Shown here in pieces: positions 16,873-25,052 of a stretch of DNA of 64,000 nt. Origin of the DNA: Bacteroidia bacterium. Its GTDB lineage: Bacteria; Bacteroidota; Bacteroidia; NS11-12g; UBA955. The DNA lies in the NCBI GenBank assembly GCA_030158725.1, contig JAOASJ010000016.1:12616-76615 (forward strand), written 5' to 3'. Numbering within the stretch: position 1 is the stretch's first letter; every line of letters begins with the position of its first letter. Position numbers and translations under genes: made by a program. Below the pieces are notes generated by a model, which did not search any database, was not told where the DNA came from, and saw only the letters and a list, made by a program, of their open reading frames with translations.

Positions 16873-18435
16873 ATGCTAGTTGCTAAAAATTTTATTTCTT
16901 ACAATTACTACCTGTGGGCAAAATCTAAAGGAGTGAAAGTATTCTTATTTAATGAAATAGATTTTATTCCAGATGAATCAGAAGGATCAGGAGAGATTTT
17001 CTTTAATTGCACTTCGTACAGGGTAGAAAGTACATGGTATACATGGACTGAGAATGAGAAACTAATACAATCTTTTAAAATAAAGTTCCCAAGTTTATTT
17101 AAAATTAAAAACTATGATATAACCTTGGCGGTGCAAAAAGCCATGTATTGGGCAAATTTTAAATCAGGTTTTCTTTGGTATTGCATTGTTAATTTTTTCC
17201 CAAATGAAAAGATTTTTTATGCAGATTCATTGCATCAATCTGGAAAATTAGGTGCAATTGGAAGATATTTTAAATTGGTTGAGTTTAAGCGAAAAAATAA
17301 AATTAAAAAGATAGTTGAGAAACGATCAGAATTTAAGTTTGCTATTCACTTAAAAAGCGATTTTCAATTAGGTTTTTATATTGATTTAATCGAGAAAACT
17401 AAGCATGATAAACAATTTTCATTATTTATAGAACCTAAGGTTAATGAACAATATTTAAAGGAACTTGGAATAGCAGATTTTCACAAAATTCAACATTCAG
17501 ATAAAATTTATCCTGTACCACTGATTAACCCATTTAAATTAAGTAAAAAAGATAGTTTTACGCTAAATATTATACTAATTCATTGGAAAGAAATTAATGA
17601 GAACATTCAATCAGCTGAAGCAATTTGCCACACAGGTTTGAAAGCAACATTAATCAATGAAGGGGAAAATGGTATTTATGGGGCAATAGTTTCTGAGGTA
17701 TTTAACAAAAATGGTGTAAAAGTATATAACACCATGAATGGTGTAAAATCAGGAGAGGCGCAAGATGCTTTTATAAATTTTGACTATTGGTTTGTTTGGG
17801 ACACCCAAATGAAGGAAATGCTTGCAACCACAAATAATATATCAAGAGATAAGTTAATAATTAGCGGACATTTAATTCAAGATTTAATTCAAAATTATCA
17901 ATACCATAATTCTCTTAATGTTAATTTGGAAAGTTTAAAATCCAAAAAGGTTATATCAATATTTACAGTTAAAGGAAAACGTTTTGCAAAATTGGAATCA
18001 TTAAAATTCTTATATAATTTATTGGAAGAAGATGAATCTATCGAATTGTTTATTAGACCTCATCCAGCTGAAAAACCTGAAGACTATGTCTTACCTGAAA
18101 TTGATCATGAAAGAGTACATTTAGCCAATTATAATTCAAAAAACTTAAATAGCAGCTTGCATGACCTATTATTGATATCAGACTTAGCCATTGTTTACGG
18201 ATCCACTGTTGCGTTGGATGCTAAATGGATGGGGGTTCCATGTATAACTTTTGAAATTCGTGAAAAATCAATGATATACTGTGCTGATAATGATAAAATA
18301 AAACATGTAAGAACTTTAGAAGATTTTATCACACTTGTGAAATCTTCATTATCCAAAAAGCAGAATAATATTGATGCAAATAAATCTTCAGTATCAGATT
18401 TTATCTTGGAAGAAATCATTAAAAACAATCATTGA
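16873..18435 (+). CDS. Uncharacterised 520-aa protein, paralog B (GT-B-like C-terminal half with RPHP motif)
   Basis: ATG start. It is collinear with paralog A along its whole length and is exactly the same length (520 aa). Confidence 0.6.
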   Translation: MLVAKNFISYNYYLWAKSKGVKVFLFNEIDFIPDESEGSGEIFFNCTSYRVESTWYTWTENEKLIQSFKIKFPSLFKIKNYDITLAVQKAMYWANFKSGFLWYCIVNFFPNEKIFYADSLHQSGKLGAIGRYFKLVEFKRKNKIKKIVEKRSEFKFAIHLKSDFQLGFYIDLIEKTKHDKQFSLFIEPKVNEQYLKELGIADFHKIQHSDKIYPVPLINPFKLSKKDSFTLNIILIHWKEINENIQSAEAICHTGLKATLINEGENGIYGAIVSEVFNKNGVKVYNTMNGVKSGEAQDAFINFDYWFVWDTQMKEMLATTNNISRDKLIISGHLIQDLIQNYQYHNSLNVNLESLKSKKVISIFTVKGKRFAKLESLKFLYNLLEEDESIELFIRPHPAEKPEDYVLPEIDHERVHLANYNSKNLNSSLHDLLLISDLAIVYGSTVALDAKWMGVPCITFEIREKSMIYCADNDKIKHVRTLEDFITLVKSSLSKKQNNIDANKSSVSDFILEEIIKNNH

Positions 18436-18437
18436 TT

Positions 18438-19097
18438 ATGAATATTTGGAAACATAAGTATCCTCAAAATATATGGGCAAGTGAAATAGTAAAGATTTTA
18501 AAATCTAATGTAGACTATACATCTGGTACAATAGTAGACGCACCATGTGGTAATGGCATTATTGGCAACTTAGTTTCTAAAGAGTTTGATACCTCTAAAA
18601 TTTTATTGTTGGACAATGATAGTTCTTTATCAAAATCACCATATGTAATAAATGAGAAAATTGATTATAGAATAGAGGATATTTTTAATTTTAAAATTGA
18701 TGGAAAAGATAATACCTGGTTGTTAATTAATTCGCTGTATTGTTTGCCCAATTCTGAAGTTTTAATATCAGGCAATAGAGATAGATTTAAATATATTATT
18801 GCTGTTTTCCCGAACATTGAAAGTTCAAATTATAAATACTTTACTAAAAAGCATCCTGAATTCTCTAATCCATCATCAAAAGATATTAAATCTACCATAG
18901 AACTTTTTAATCAAAGTGGGTATATTGTTGTTTCTCAAAAAAAAATAACAAAGCTAGCTTTTCATAAATGGAATAATGTCTTTGACCGTTTGAAGTTCCC
19001 ATTGATATTTAAAAATATAATTTATTTAACTTTTGAAAAAATATTGTTTTTTATATCAGGACATTACACGATAATTGCATTTAAGCGCAGTGAATAG
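18438..19097 (+). CDS. Class I SAM-dependent methyltransferase
   Basis: Motif I is IVDAPCGNGIIG, followed by the acidic LLLDND. I preferred the ATG at 18438 over the TTG at 18432. Confidence 0.6.
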   Translation: MNIWKHKYPQNIWASEIVKILKSNVDYTSGTIVDAPCGNGIIGNLVSKEFDTSKILLLDNDSSLSKSPYVINEKIDYRIEDIFNFKIDGKDNTWLLINSLYCLPNSEVLISGNRDRFKYIIAVFPNIESSNYKYFTKKHPEFSNPSSKDIKSTIELFNQSGYIVVSQKKITKLAFHKWNNVFDRLKFPLIFKNIIYLTFEKILFFISGHYTIIAFKRSE

Positions 19098-20127
19098 AAT
19101 AATTTTGTCATTTGATTATGAGATTTATTTTGACGGTAGTAACCGTCTGGATTCGCTCATTCAAAATACAGATGAAATTTTAAAAAGCGCTAAAAAGAGC
19201 AATTCCAAATTGGTTTTTTTTATTGATATTTATTATTTAATAAAACTTGAAGAGTATGGTTTATCTAGCCATTTTGATAAATTAAGGAATCAAATTTTAG
19301 AGATGATTGATAAAGGGCATGAAATCCAATATCACTTACATCCTCATTGGATAAATGCTCAGTACAATAAAGATAAAGACCTTTGGAAATACGATCAATT
19401 AGAATATTCCTTTACTGATATTATTAAAATTTATGGTAAAACTTTCGCGTACGATAAGTTTAATAAAGGAGTAAATAAAATGAAAGAATGGTTTGCTTAT
19501 AAACCAATGGCATATAGGGCAGGTGGATTATCAATAGATCAAAACCAAGGAGAATTATTAGAACTCTTAATTGAGAATAAATTTGAATATGATTCTAGTG
19601 TAATGCCTGGATTATATTTACAAGGTAAGTTCATACACATAGACCATAGATCTGCACCTAAAAAAGCAATATGGAATGTTGATGATACATTTTTATCAGA
19701 GTCTAAAACTTCTAGTATTGATTCATCAATAAAGGAAATTCCAGTTATGACAATTAATAAATTTGATATTCCATTGTCAGACAGAATAATGACAAGTTTA
19801 AAATATAGAGCGATTTCAGCAATTAGTGCTAAAGACGACAGTATACTTGCAAATATTGGCCGGCCTTTTGATTTAGAAATCAATCAATCAACGTATCCTA
19901 TCAGCATTACATTTGATAAATCAAAATTAGCTGATATTCTACTTTTAAAATATTTTACCAAAACATATTTTAAAAAGAACGCCAATATAATGTGCATTCT
20001 TTCCCATCCGAAAAGTTTCTTAAATCAGTCATTTGAGGTGTTTAACAACTATCTAAATTGGATTGATAAAAACAGAAATAAATATATTTTTTCTGGTTTC
20101 TCAGATATCTTAAAAAGTGAAAAATAG
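19075..20127 (+). CDS. Polysaccharide deacetylase-like (CE4-like) protein, tentative
   Basis: ILSFDYEIYFDG and HEIQYHLHPHW resemble the Asp and His metal motifs of the deacetylase fold. No ATG lies near the 5' end, so the start (TTG 19075 or GTG 19090) is uncertain. Confidence 0.45.
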   Translation: MHLSAVNRIILSFDYEIYFDGSNRLDSLIQNTDEILKSAKKSNSKLVFFIDIYYLIKLEEYGLSSHFDKLRNQILEMIDKGHEIQYHLHPHWINAQYNKDKDLWKYDQLEYSFTDIIKIYGKTFAYDKFNKGVNKMKEWFAYKPMAYRAGGLSIDQNQGELLELLIENKFEYDSSVMPGLYLQGKFIHIDHRSAPKKAIWNVDDTFLSESKTSSIDSSIKEIPVMTINKFDIPLSDRIMTSLKYRAISAISAKDDSILANIGRPFDLEINQSTYPISITFDKSKLADILLLKYFTKTYFKKNANIMCILSHPKSFLNQSFEVFNNYLNWIDKNRNKYIFSGFSDILKSEK

Positions 20128-20776
20128 TTTTTTATTCGTTGCATATCAATTCCCGCCTATGGGGGGTCCAGGTGTTCAGCGTAGTTATAATTTTGTTAGA
20201 GAGCTTAATAATGCAGGTTATTCACCAATTGTATTTACAATAACGGAAGTAGATATAGAATCTGCTAAGTATCAAAAAGATTTTTCTTTGTTAGAAAAGC
20301 TGCCTTCAAACATTAACATAGTTCGAATTGAATCAGGACAAAATTTTAAACTAGTTGAAAAGCTTATAAAATGGAGGGTATATCGTTTGTTTTGGTATGT
20401 TTTATACCCATTATTTTGGGAGAAAATGGCTAGATGGCCATTCATTGCTTATAAACAGGCAAAGAAGATTATTCTTGACAATAAACTAGATTTGGTTTAT
20501 ACCAGTTCTGGACCATTTTCTTCTCTAGTTTTAGGTTATTTATTGAAAAAAAGACTTGGCATAAAATGGGTAGCTGATTTAAGAGATCCATACACAGATG
20601 CCTATGCATGGTCATATCCTTCTAAACTGCATTGGATGGTATCAAGAATATGGGAGAAGTGGATTTTATCTAAAGTTGATGAACTTATAGTAAATACACC
20701 TGAAGTCAAGAAATTATATATCAAAAGAAATATATTACCTGAATCTAAAATTAATGTTATAACCAATGGATATTAG
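20117..20776 (+). CDS. Glycosyltransferase, N-terminal GT-B half (split gene)
   Basis: GTG start. FVAYQFPPMGGPGVQRSYNFVREL is typical of a GT4-like N-domain. The ORF ends at ITNGY-stop, the point where the interdomain linker is expected. Confidence 0.55.
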   Translation: MKNSFLFVAYQFPPMGGPGVQRSYNFVRELNNAGYSPIVFTITEVDIESAKYQKDFSLLEKLPSNINIVRIESGQNFKLVEKLIKWRVYRLFWYVLYPLFWEKMARWPFIAYKQAKKIILDNKLDLVYTSSGPFSSLVLGYLLKKRLGIKWVADLRDPYTDAYAWSYPSKLHWMVSRIWEKWILSKVDELIVNTPEVKKLYIKRNILPESKINVITNGY

Positions 20777-21437
20777 TAAACCATTATTAATTGCCTATTC
20801 AGGAAGTTTAGATGCCAAACAACCTAATTCCAACAAAGGTATTTTGATGTTTTTTAAGAGCATTTTTTGGACATATAAACACAATGTTGTAGATCCTTCA
20901 ACAAGAACAGCTTATTACCTAATAAAATCTATTGGCATTTTAAAGCGTGATTATAACATCAAACCAAGCGAGATTCAAATAGAACTTTGGGGGAATATAA
21001 ATTCTTTGAATAAGCAACATATTTTAGAAGAGGATGTTGAAGAATACTTTTCAATTGATTCTTATTTACCCAAAGATGAATCTATAAAAAGATTAAATCT
21101 AGCTGATATGCTATTTTTACCACTTGAAAAATCTAATGTAAAAGGTCAAGGAACACTTTTTATTCCTGGAAAATTATTTGAATATTTAAATACTTTAAAA
21201 CCTATTTTAGCACTTTGTGAACCTTCTGATTGTCGGAATATTATAGAAAATTCTGGTTTGGGTGTTTGTATTGATCCTGATAACCCTGAATTAATTGCCA
21301 AATGCTTATTTCCAATAATTAAAAATAAAAACTTATTGCTTGGACTTAAACCAAACAAAGAGTTTATAGAAACATTTACTTTTAAAAATAAGACACAAGA
21401 ACTTATAACTGTTCTCAAGAAGGCAAGCGTCAACTGA
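20766..21437 (+). CDS. Glycosyltransferase, C-terminal GT-B half (split gene)
   Basis: PLLIAYSGSL followed by PGKLFEYLNTLKPILAL is typical of a GT4-like C-domain. Its frame is +1 relative to the preceding ORF and is open only from 20763. Confidence 0.55.
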   Translation: MDISKPLLIAYSGSLDAKQPNSNKGILMFFKSIFWTYKHNVVDPSTRTAYYLIKSIGILKRDYNIKPSEIQIELWGNINSLNKQHILEEDVEEYFSIDSYLPKDESIKRLNLADMLFLPLEKSNVKGQGTLFIPGKLFEYLNTLKPILALCEPSDCRNIIENSGLGVCIDPDNPELIAKCLFPIIKNKNLLLGLKPNKEFIETFTFKNKTQELITVLKKASVN

Positions 21438-21485
21438 AATTGACAAGCGAGTTTTAGCTGTGGATAGGATATAAATTTTAAGCAG

Positions 21486-21493
21486 TAGTTTTG
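21486..21493 (+). promoter_or_regulatory. Candidate Bacteroidota -7 promoter element TAGTTTTG (TAnnTTTG)
   Basis: The motif lies 56 nt upstream of the carbamoyltransferase ATG, in the 111-nt intergenic gap. Confidence 0.35.
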
Positions 21494-21548
21494 AGCCAAT
21501 TAAGTGTATATTTTATTTAACTATTACACAGAAAATCATCAAATATAA

Positions 21549-23423
21549 ATGAAAAAGATATTAGGAATTTCTGCTTTTTACCATGATTCCGCCGCAGCTA
21601 TTACAGTGGGTGGAAAGGTCATTGCAGCTGCGCAAGAAGAAAGGTTTACAAGGGATAAACACACTCCTGACTTTCCTAAAAATGCTGTAGAATATTGTTT
21701 ACAAGAAGCTGGTTTAACTTTAAATGAATTGGATGCTGTTGTTTTTTATGACAAGCCTTTTTTGAAATTTGAAAGATTATTAGAAACATATTATGCCTTT
21801 GCACCAAAAGGTTTTTTGTCTTTTATTAAAGCTATTCCTGTTTGGTTGAATGAAAAAATCTTTCTTAAAAAACTAATCTATGATCATTTGAAGGAGATAG
21901 GTTCTTTCGACAAAAAGAAAGTAAAATTACTTTTTCCAGAACATCATTTATCACATGCTGCAAGTGCTTTTTTTGTCTCTCCTTTCAAAAGTTCTGCAAT
22001 TCTAACAATTGATGGTGTTGGCGAATGGAGTACTGCTTCTATTGCTTTTGGTGACGATAAAAATATAAAATTGTTAAAGGAGCTTGACTTTCCGCATTCT
22101 GTAGGTCTGTTATACTCTGCATTTACTTATTTTTTAGGCTTTACAGTAAATTCAGGAGAATATAAACTTATGGGCTTAGCACCTTATGGTAATCCTGACG
22201 ATCAGCAAACCAAAGACTTTGTTGAAATAATAAAAAAGTATTTAGTTGACATTAAGGAAGATGGTTCTATTTGGTTAGATCAAAAATATTTCAATTATGC
22301 TACTGGATTGAGAATGGTTCACGATAACAAATGGGAATCATTATTTGGTTTTCCAAGAAGAGAAGATGAAAATGATTTAAAACAACACCATTGTAATCTT
22401 GCTATTGCTATACAACAAGTAACAGAGGAAATCGTGATTAAAATGGCTAAGGAGGCGAAAAGAATTACCAATAGTGATTATTTGTGTATGGCAGGTGGAG
22501 TGGCTTTGAATTGTGTAGCAAATGGTAAACTATTAAGAGAAAATATATTTAAAGAAATTTATATTCAACCTGCTGCCGGTGATGCAGGTGGTGCATTAGG
22601 TGCCGCATTGGCAGCATCTTACATGTATTTTGATGAAACAAGAGTTTTCAATGAAATAGATCCAAAGTTAGATACTATGTCGGGTTCATATTTAGGTCCT
22701 GATTATTCAGATAAAGAAATTGAACAAACATGTAAATTGCTTAAAGCAGTTTACAATCGATATGAAAATTTAGATGAGATGTATCAATTCGTTGCTTCAA
22801 AATTAGCAGAAGGATCTGTGGTAGGTTGGTTTCAAGGTAGAATGGAATTTGGTCCAAGAGCATTAGGCAACAGAAGTATTTTAGGAGATGCAAGAAATCC
22901 TGAAATGCAAAGAAAATTAAATCTAAAAATTAAGTATAGAGAAGGATTTAGACCATTTGCACCTTCAGTTTTAGCAGAAGATGTAAACAAGTATTTTGAT
23001 TTAAGTTCTGATTCTCCATATATGCTCATTGTTGCGCCTGTAAAGGAAGATAGAAGAAAGCAATTGCCTGAGAATTTTCATCAAATGGATTTGTGGGATA
23101 AATTATATTATCAAAGAAGTGATGTGCAATCAATCACGCACTTAGATTTCTCTGCAAGAATTCAATCTGTACATAAATCTACCAATCCACGATACTGGGG
23201 TTTAATCAATGAGTTTAAGAATCAAACATCATATGGTTTGGTGGTTAATACAAGCTTCAATGTGAGAGGTGAGCCTATTGTCTGTACACCTCATGATGCA
23301 TTTAGATGTTTTATGAGTACAGAAATGGATTACCTAGTCATTAATAATTATGTATTTGAAAAAACTAAGCAAATTGATTGGGAAAATAAGGAAAAGTGGA
23401 TGGTAACATTTAAAAAGGATTAA
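21549..23423 (+). CDS. Carbamoyltransferase (NodU/CmcH family)
   Basis: 624 aa. It shows MKKILGISAFYHDSAAAI, AAQEERFTR, HHLSHAASAF, MAGGVALN, the C-terminal domain GRMEFGPRALGNRSI, and NTSFN. Confidence 0.9.
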   Translation: MKKILGISAFYHDSAAAITVGGKVIAAAQEERFTRDKHTPDFPKNAVEYCLQEAGLTLNELDAVVFYDKPFLKFERLLETYYAFAPKGFLSFIKAIPVWLNEKIFLKKLIYDHLKEIGSFDKKKVKLLFPEHHLSHAASAFFVSPFKSSAILTIDGVGEWSTASIAFGDDKNIKLLKELDFPHSVGLLYSAFTYFLGFTVNSGEYKLMGLAPYGNPDDQQTKDFVEIIKKYLVDIKEDGSIWLDQKYFNYATGLRMVHDNKWESLFGFPRREDENDLKQHHCNLAIAIQQVTEEIVIKMAKEAKRITNSDYLCMAGGVALNCVANGKLLRENIFKEIYIQPAAGDAGGALGAALAASYMYFDETRVFNEIDPKLDTMSGSYLGPDYSDKEIEQTCKLLKAVYNRYENLDEMYQFVASKLAEGSVVGWFQGRMEFGPRALGNRSILGDARNPEMQRKLNLKIKYREGFRPFAPSVLAEDVNKYFDLSSDSPYMLIVAPVKEDRRKQLPENFHQMDLWDKLYYQRSDVQSITHLDFSARIQSVHKSTNPRYWGLINEFKNQTSYGLVVNTSFNVRGEPIVCTPHDAFRCFMSTEMDYLVINNYVFEKTKQIDWENKEKWMVTFKKD

Positions 23424-23424
23424 C

Positions 23425-24450
23425 ATGTTTTTAAAAAAATTTCTTTCAATTGTTTTCGGTGTTTTATTTGCATTTTTCTTATGTGAAATAGTCCTGAGAA
23501 TTTATAATCCTTTTCAATCAAGAGTTAGAGGAAACGAGATAATTTTAAAAAGTAACTATAAAAGAAAGTCAGTAATTGAACCTAGAATAAACGGATTAGA
23601 TCCTGTTGTTTTTTATTCAAGTAATTCAATTGGTTTTAGAGGGCCTGAGCCACCAAAGAAATGGGATGAAGCAACAACTATAGTTACAATTGGTGGGAGT
23701 ACTACTGAATGTTCTTTGTTGTCAGATGATTCAACTTGGCCAGCTAAATTGTATAAAAAATTAGGTCCAAATGTTCCAAACCTTTGGTTAAACAATGCCG
23801 GTATGGATGGCTGTTCTTCATACGGACATTTGATTTTAATGAGAGATTATATTGTTAAATTAAAACCAGATTATGCGATTTTCCTTATTGGTATTAATGA
23901 TTTGGTAAAATCATCATTTTCAAATGAAGATGGATTTTTAATTAATAGATCTGAAGCATGGTGGAGGAAATTATTAAAGAAGTCAGAGTTTATAACCACG
24001 ATGTCAAATTTATATGAGGCCATAAAATCTCAAAAAGCAAATGTGGCCCATGGCAGCAATCCGAACGATTACAAAAATAATGACTTGAATGTTGCAGATT
24101 CAACTATAAGAATTGCAACAGAAGAGAAATTAAAGAAATTTATACCAGAATACATTAATCGTCTCAAAAGCATATTGGATATCTGTAAAGCAAATGGGAT
24201 AAAGCCAATATTTATAACTCAGCCTAAATTTGATGATGTAAACGCTTATTCATGGCAGGTAATGGAAAAGTATAATGACGCAATGATTGGTCTATGTAGC
24301 AAAGAAAATGTGCCTTGCATCGACCTTGGACGTCAAATGCCAAAAGAACTTAGTTTGTACTATGATCAAATACACTACACCAATGCTGGTGCTGAGAGAA
24401 TTGCACAAATTTTAACGCCACAAATTTTAAAATATATACAAAAACAATAA
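23425..24450 (+). CDS. SGNH/GDSL-family hydrolase
   Basis: It has an N-terminal TM helix, block I TIGGSTTEC, block III FLIGINDL and block V YYDQIHYT. Confidence 0.7.
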   Translation: MFLKKFLSIVFGVLFAFFLCEIVLRIYNPFQSRVRGNEIILKSNYKRKSVIEPRINGLDPVVFYSSNSIGFRGPEPPKKWDEATTIVTIGGSTTECSLLSDDSTWPAKLYKKLGPNVPNLWLNNAGMDGCSSYGHLILMRDYIVKLKPDYAIFLIGINDLVKSSFSNEDGFLINRSEAWWRKLLKKSEFITTMSNLYEAIKSQKANVAHGSNPNDYKNNDLNVADSTIRIATEEKLKKFIPEYINRLKSILDICKANGIKPIFITQPKFDDVNAYSWQVMEKYNDAMIGLCSKENVPCIDLGRQMPKELSLYYDQIHYTNAGAERIAQILTPQILKYIQKQ

Positions 24451-24455
24451 ATAAT

Positions 24456-24618
24456 ATGATGGATTTTTTAGCTGATTTATGGAACTTTATGAAACAAAGA
24501 AAGAAATTCTGGTTGGTTCCAATAATTATAGTACTCCTTTTGTTAGGTGTGTTGTTGGTTGTAGGTGGCTCTAGCGCAGTAGCTCCTTTTATTTATACTT
24601 TATTCTAGGCTCTTATGA
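24456..24618 (+). pseudogene. SxtK/DUF5989-like small membrane protein gene, apparently frameshifted at a T5 run
   Basis: The frame starting at ATG 24456 reads MMDFLADLWNFMKQRKKFWLVPIIIVLLF and then hits TAG at 24573. The +1 frame from 24541 reads LLGVLLVVGGSSAVAPFIYTYSRLL, with TGA at 24616-24618 overlapping the next ATG. Joined at the T5 run (24538-24542), the two pieces resemble the family as I recall it (..FW.lPiil.LlllG.l......sa.aPFIYT..). Confidence 0.5.
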
Positions 24619-24983
24619 AAGAAATGAAAAGCAATCCCTCAAAAACGGTATTAACAATATCGGTGGGATTTTTATTTGTCTATTTATTTGCTAAATTAAA
24701 TTGGGCACTTTGGGTTTCTTTTGGAATTGGTTTAACAGGGGTATTCTCTGATTATCTAAGTCAATTAATTGAGAAAGTATGGATGAAGTTGGCATTTGTT
24801 TTAAGCAAGATAGTTCCAAATATTATTTTAGGAATTATATTTTTCGCTTTATTGTTACCGATTTCATTATTATCAAAAGTATTCAGAAAGCAAGACGTAC
24901 TAAAATTGCGAAATTCTTCGGATTCTGTATACAGTCTTAAGCCTGGGGCTTATGATAAGGCACACTTTGAAAACATGTGGTAA
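24615..24983 (+). CDS. SxtJ-like small membrane protein
   Basis: 122 aa with hydrophobic spans. The call rests on size, topology and position after the carbamoyltransferase and the SxtK-like gene. Confidence 0.5.
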   Translation: MKEMKSNPSKTVLTISVGFLFVYLFAKLNWALWVSFGIGLTGVFSDYLSQLIEKVWMKLAFVLSKIVPNIILGIIFFALLLPISLLSKVFRKQDVLKLRNSSDSVYSLKPGAYDKAHFENMW

Positions 24984-25052
24984 AACTGATGTTTATCATT
25001 CTATAAATTTAAATACTTATTAATTTTGCAATTAGAAAATAATTCAAATAGC

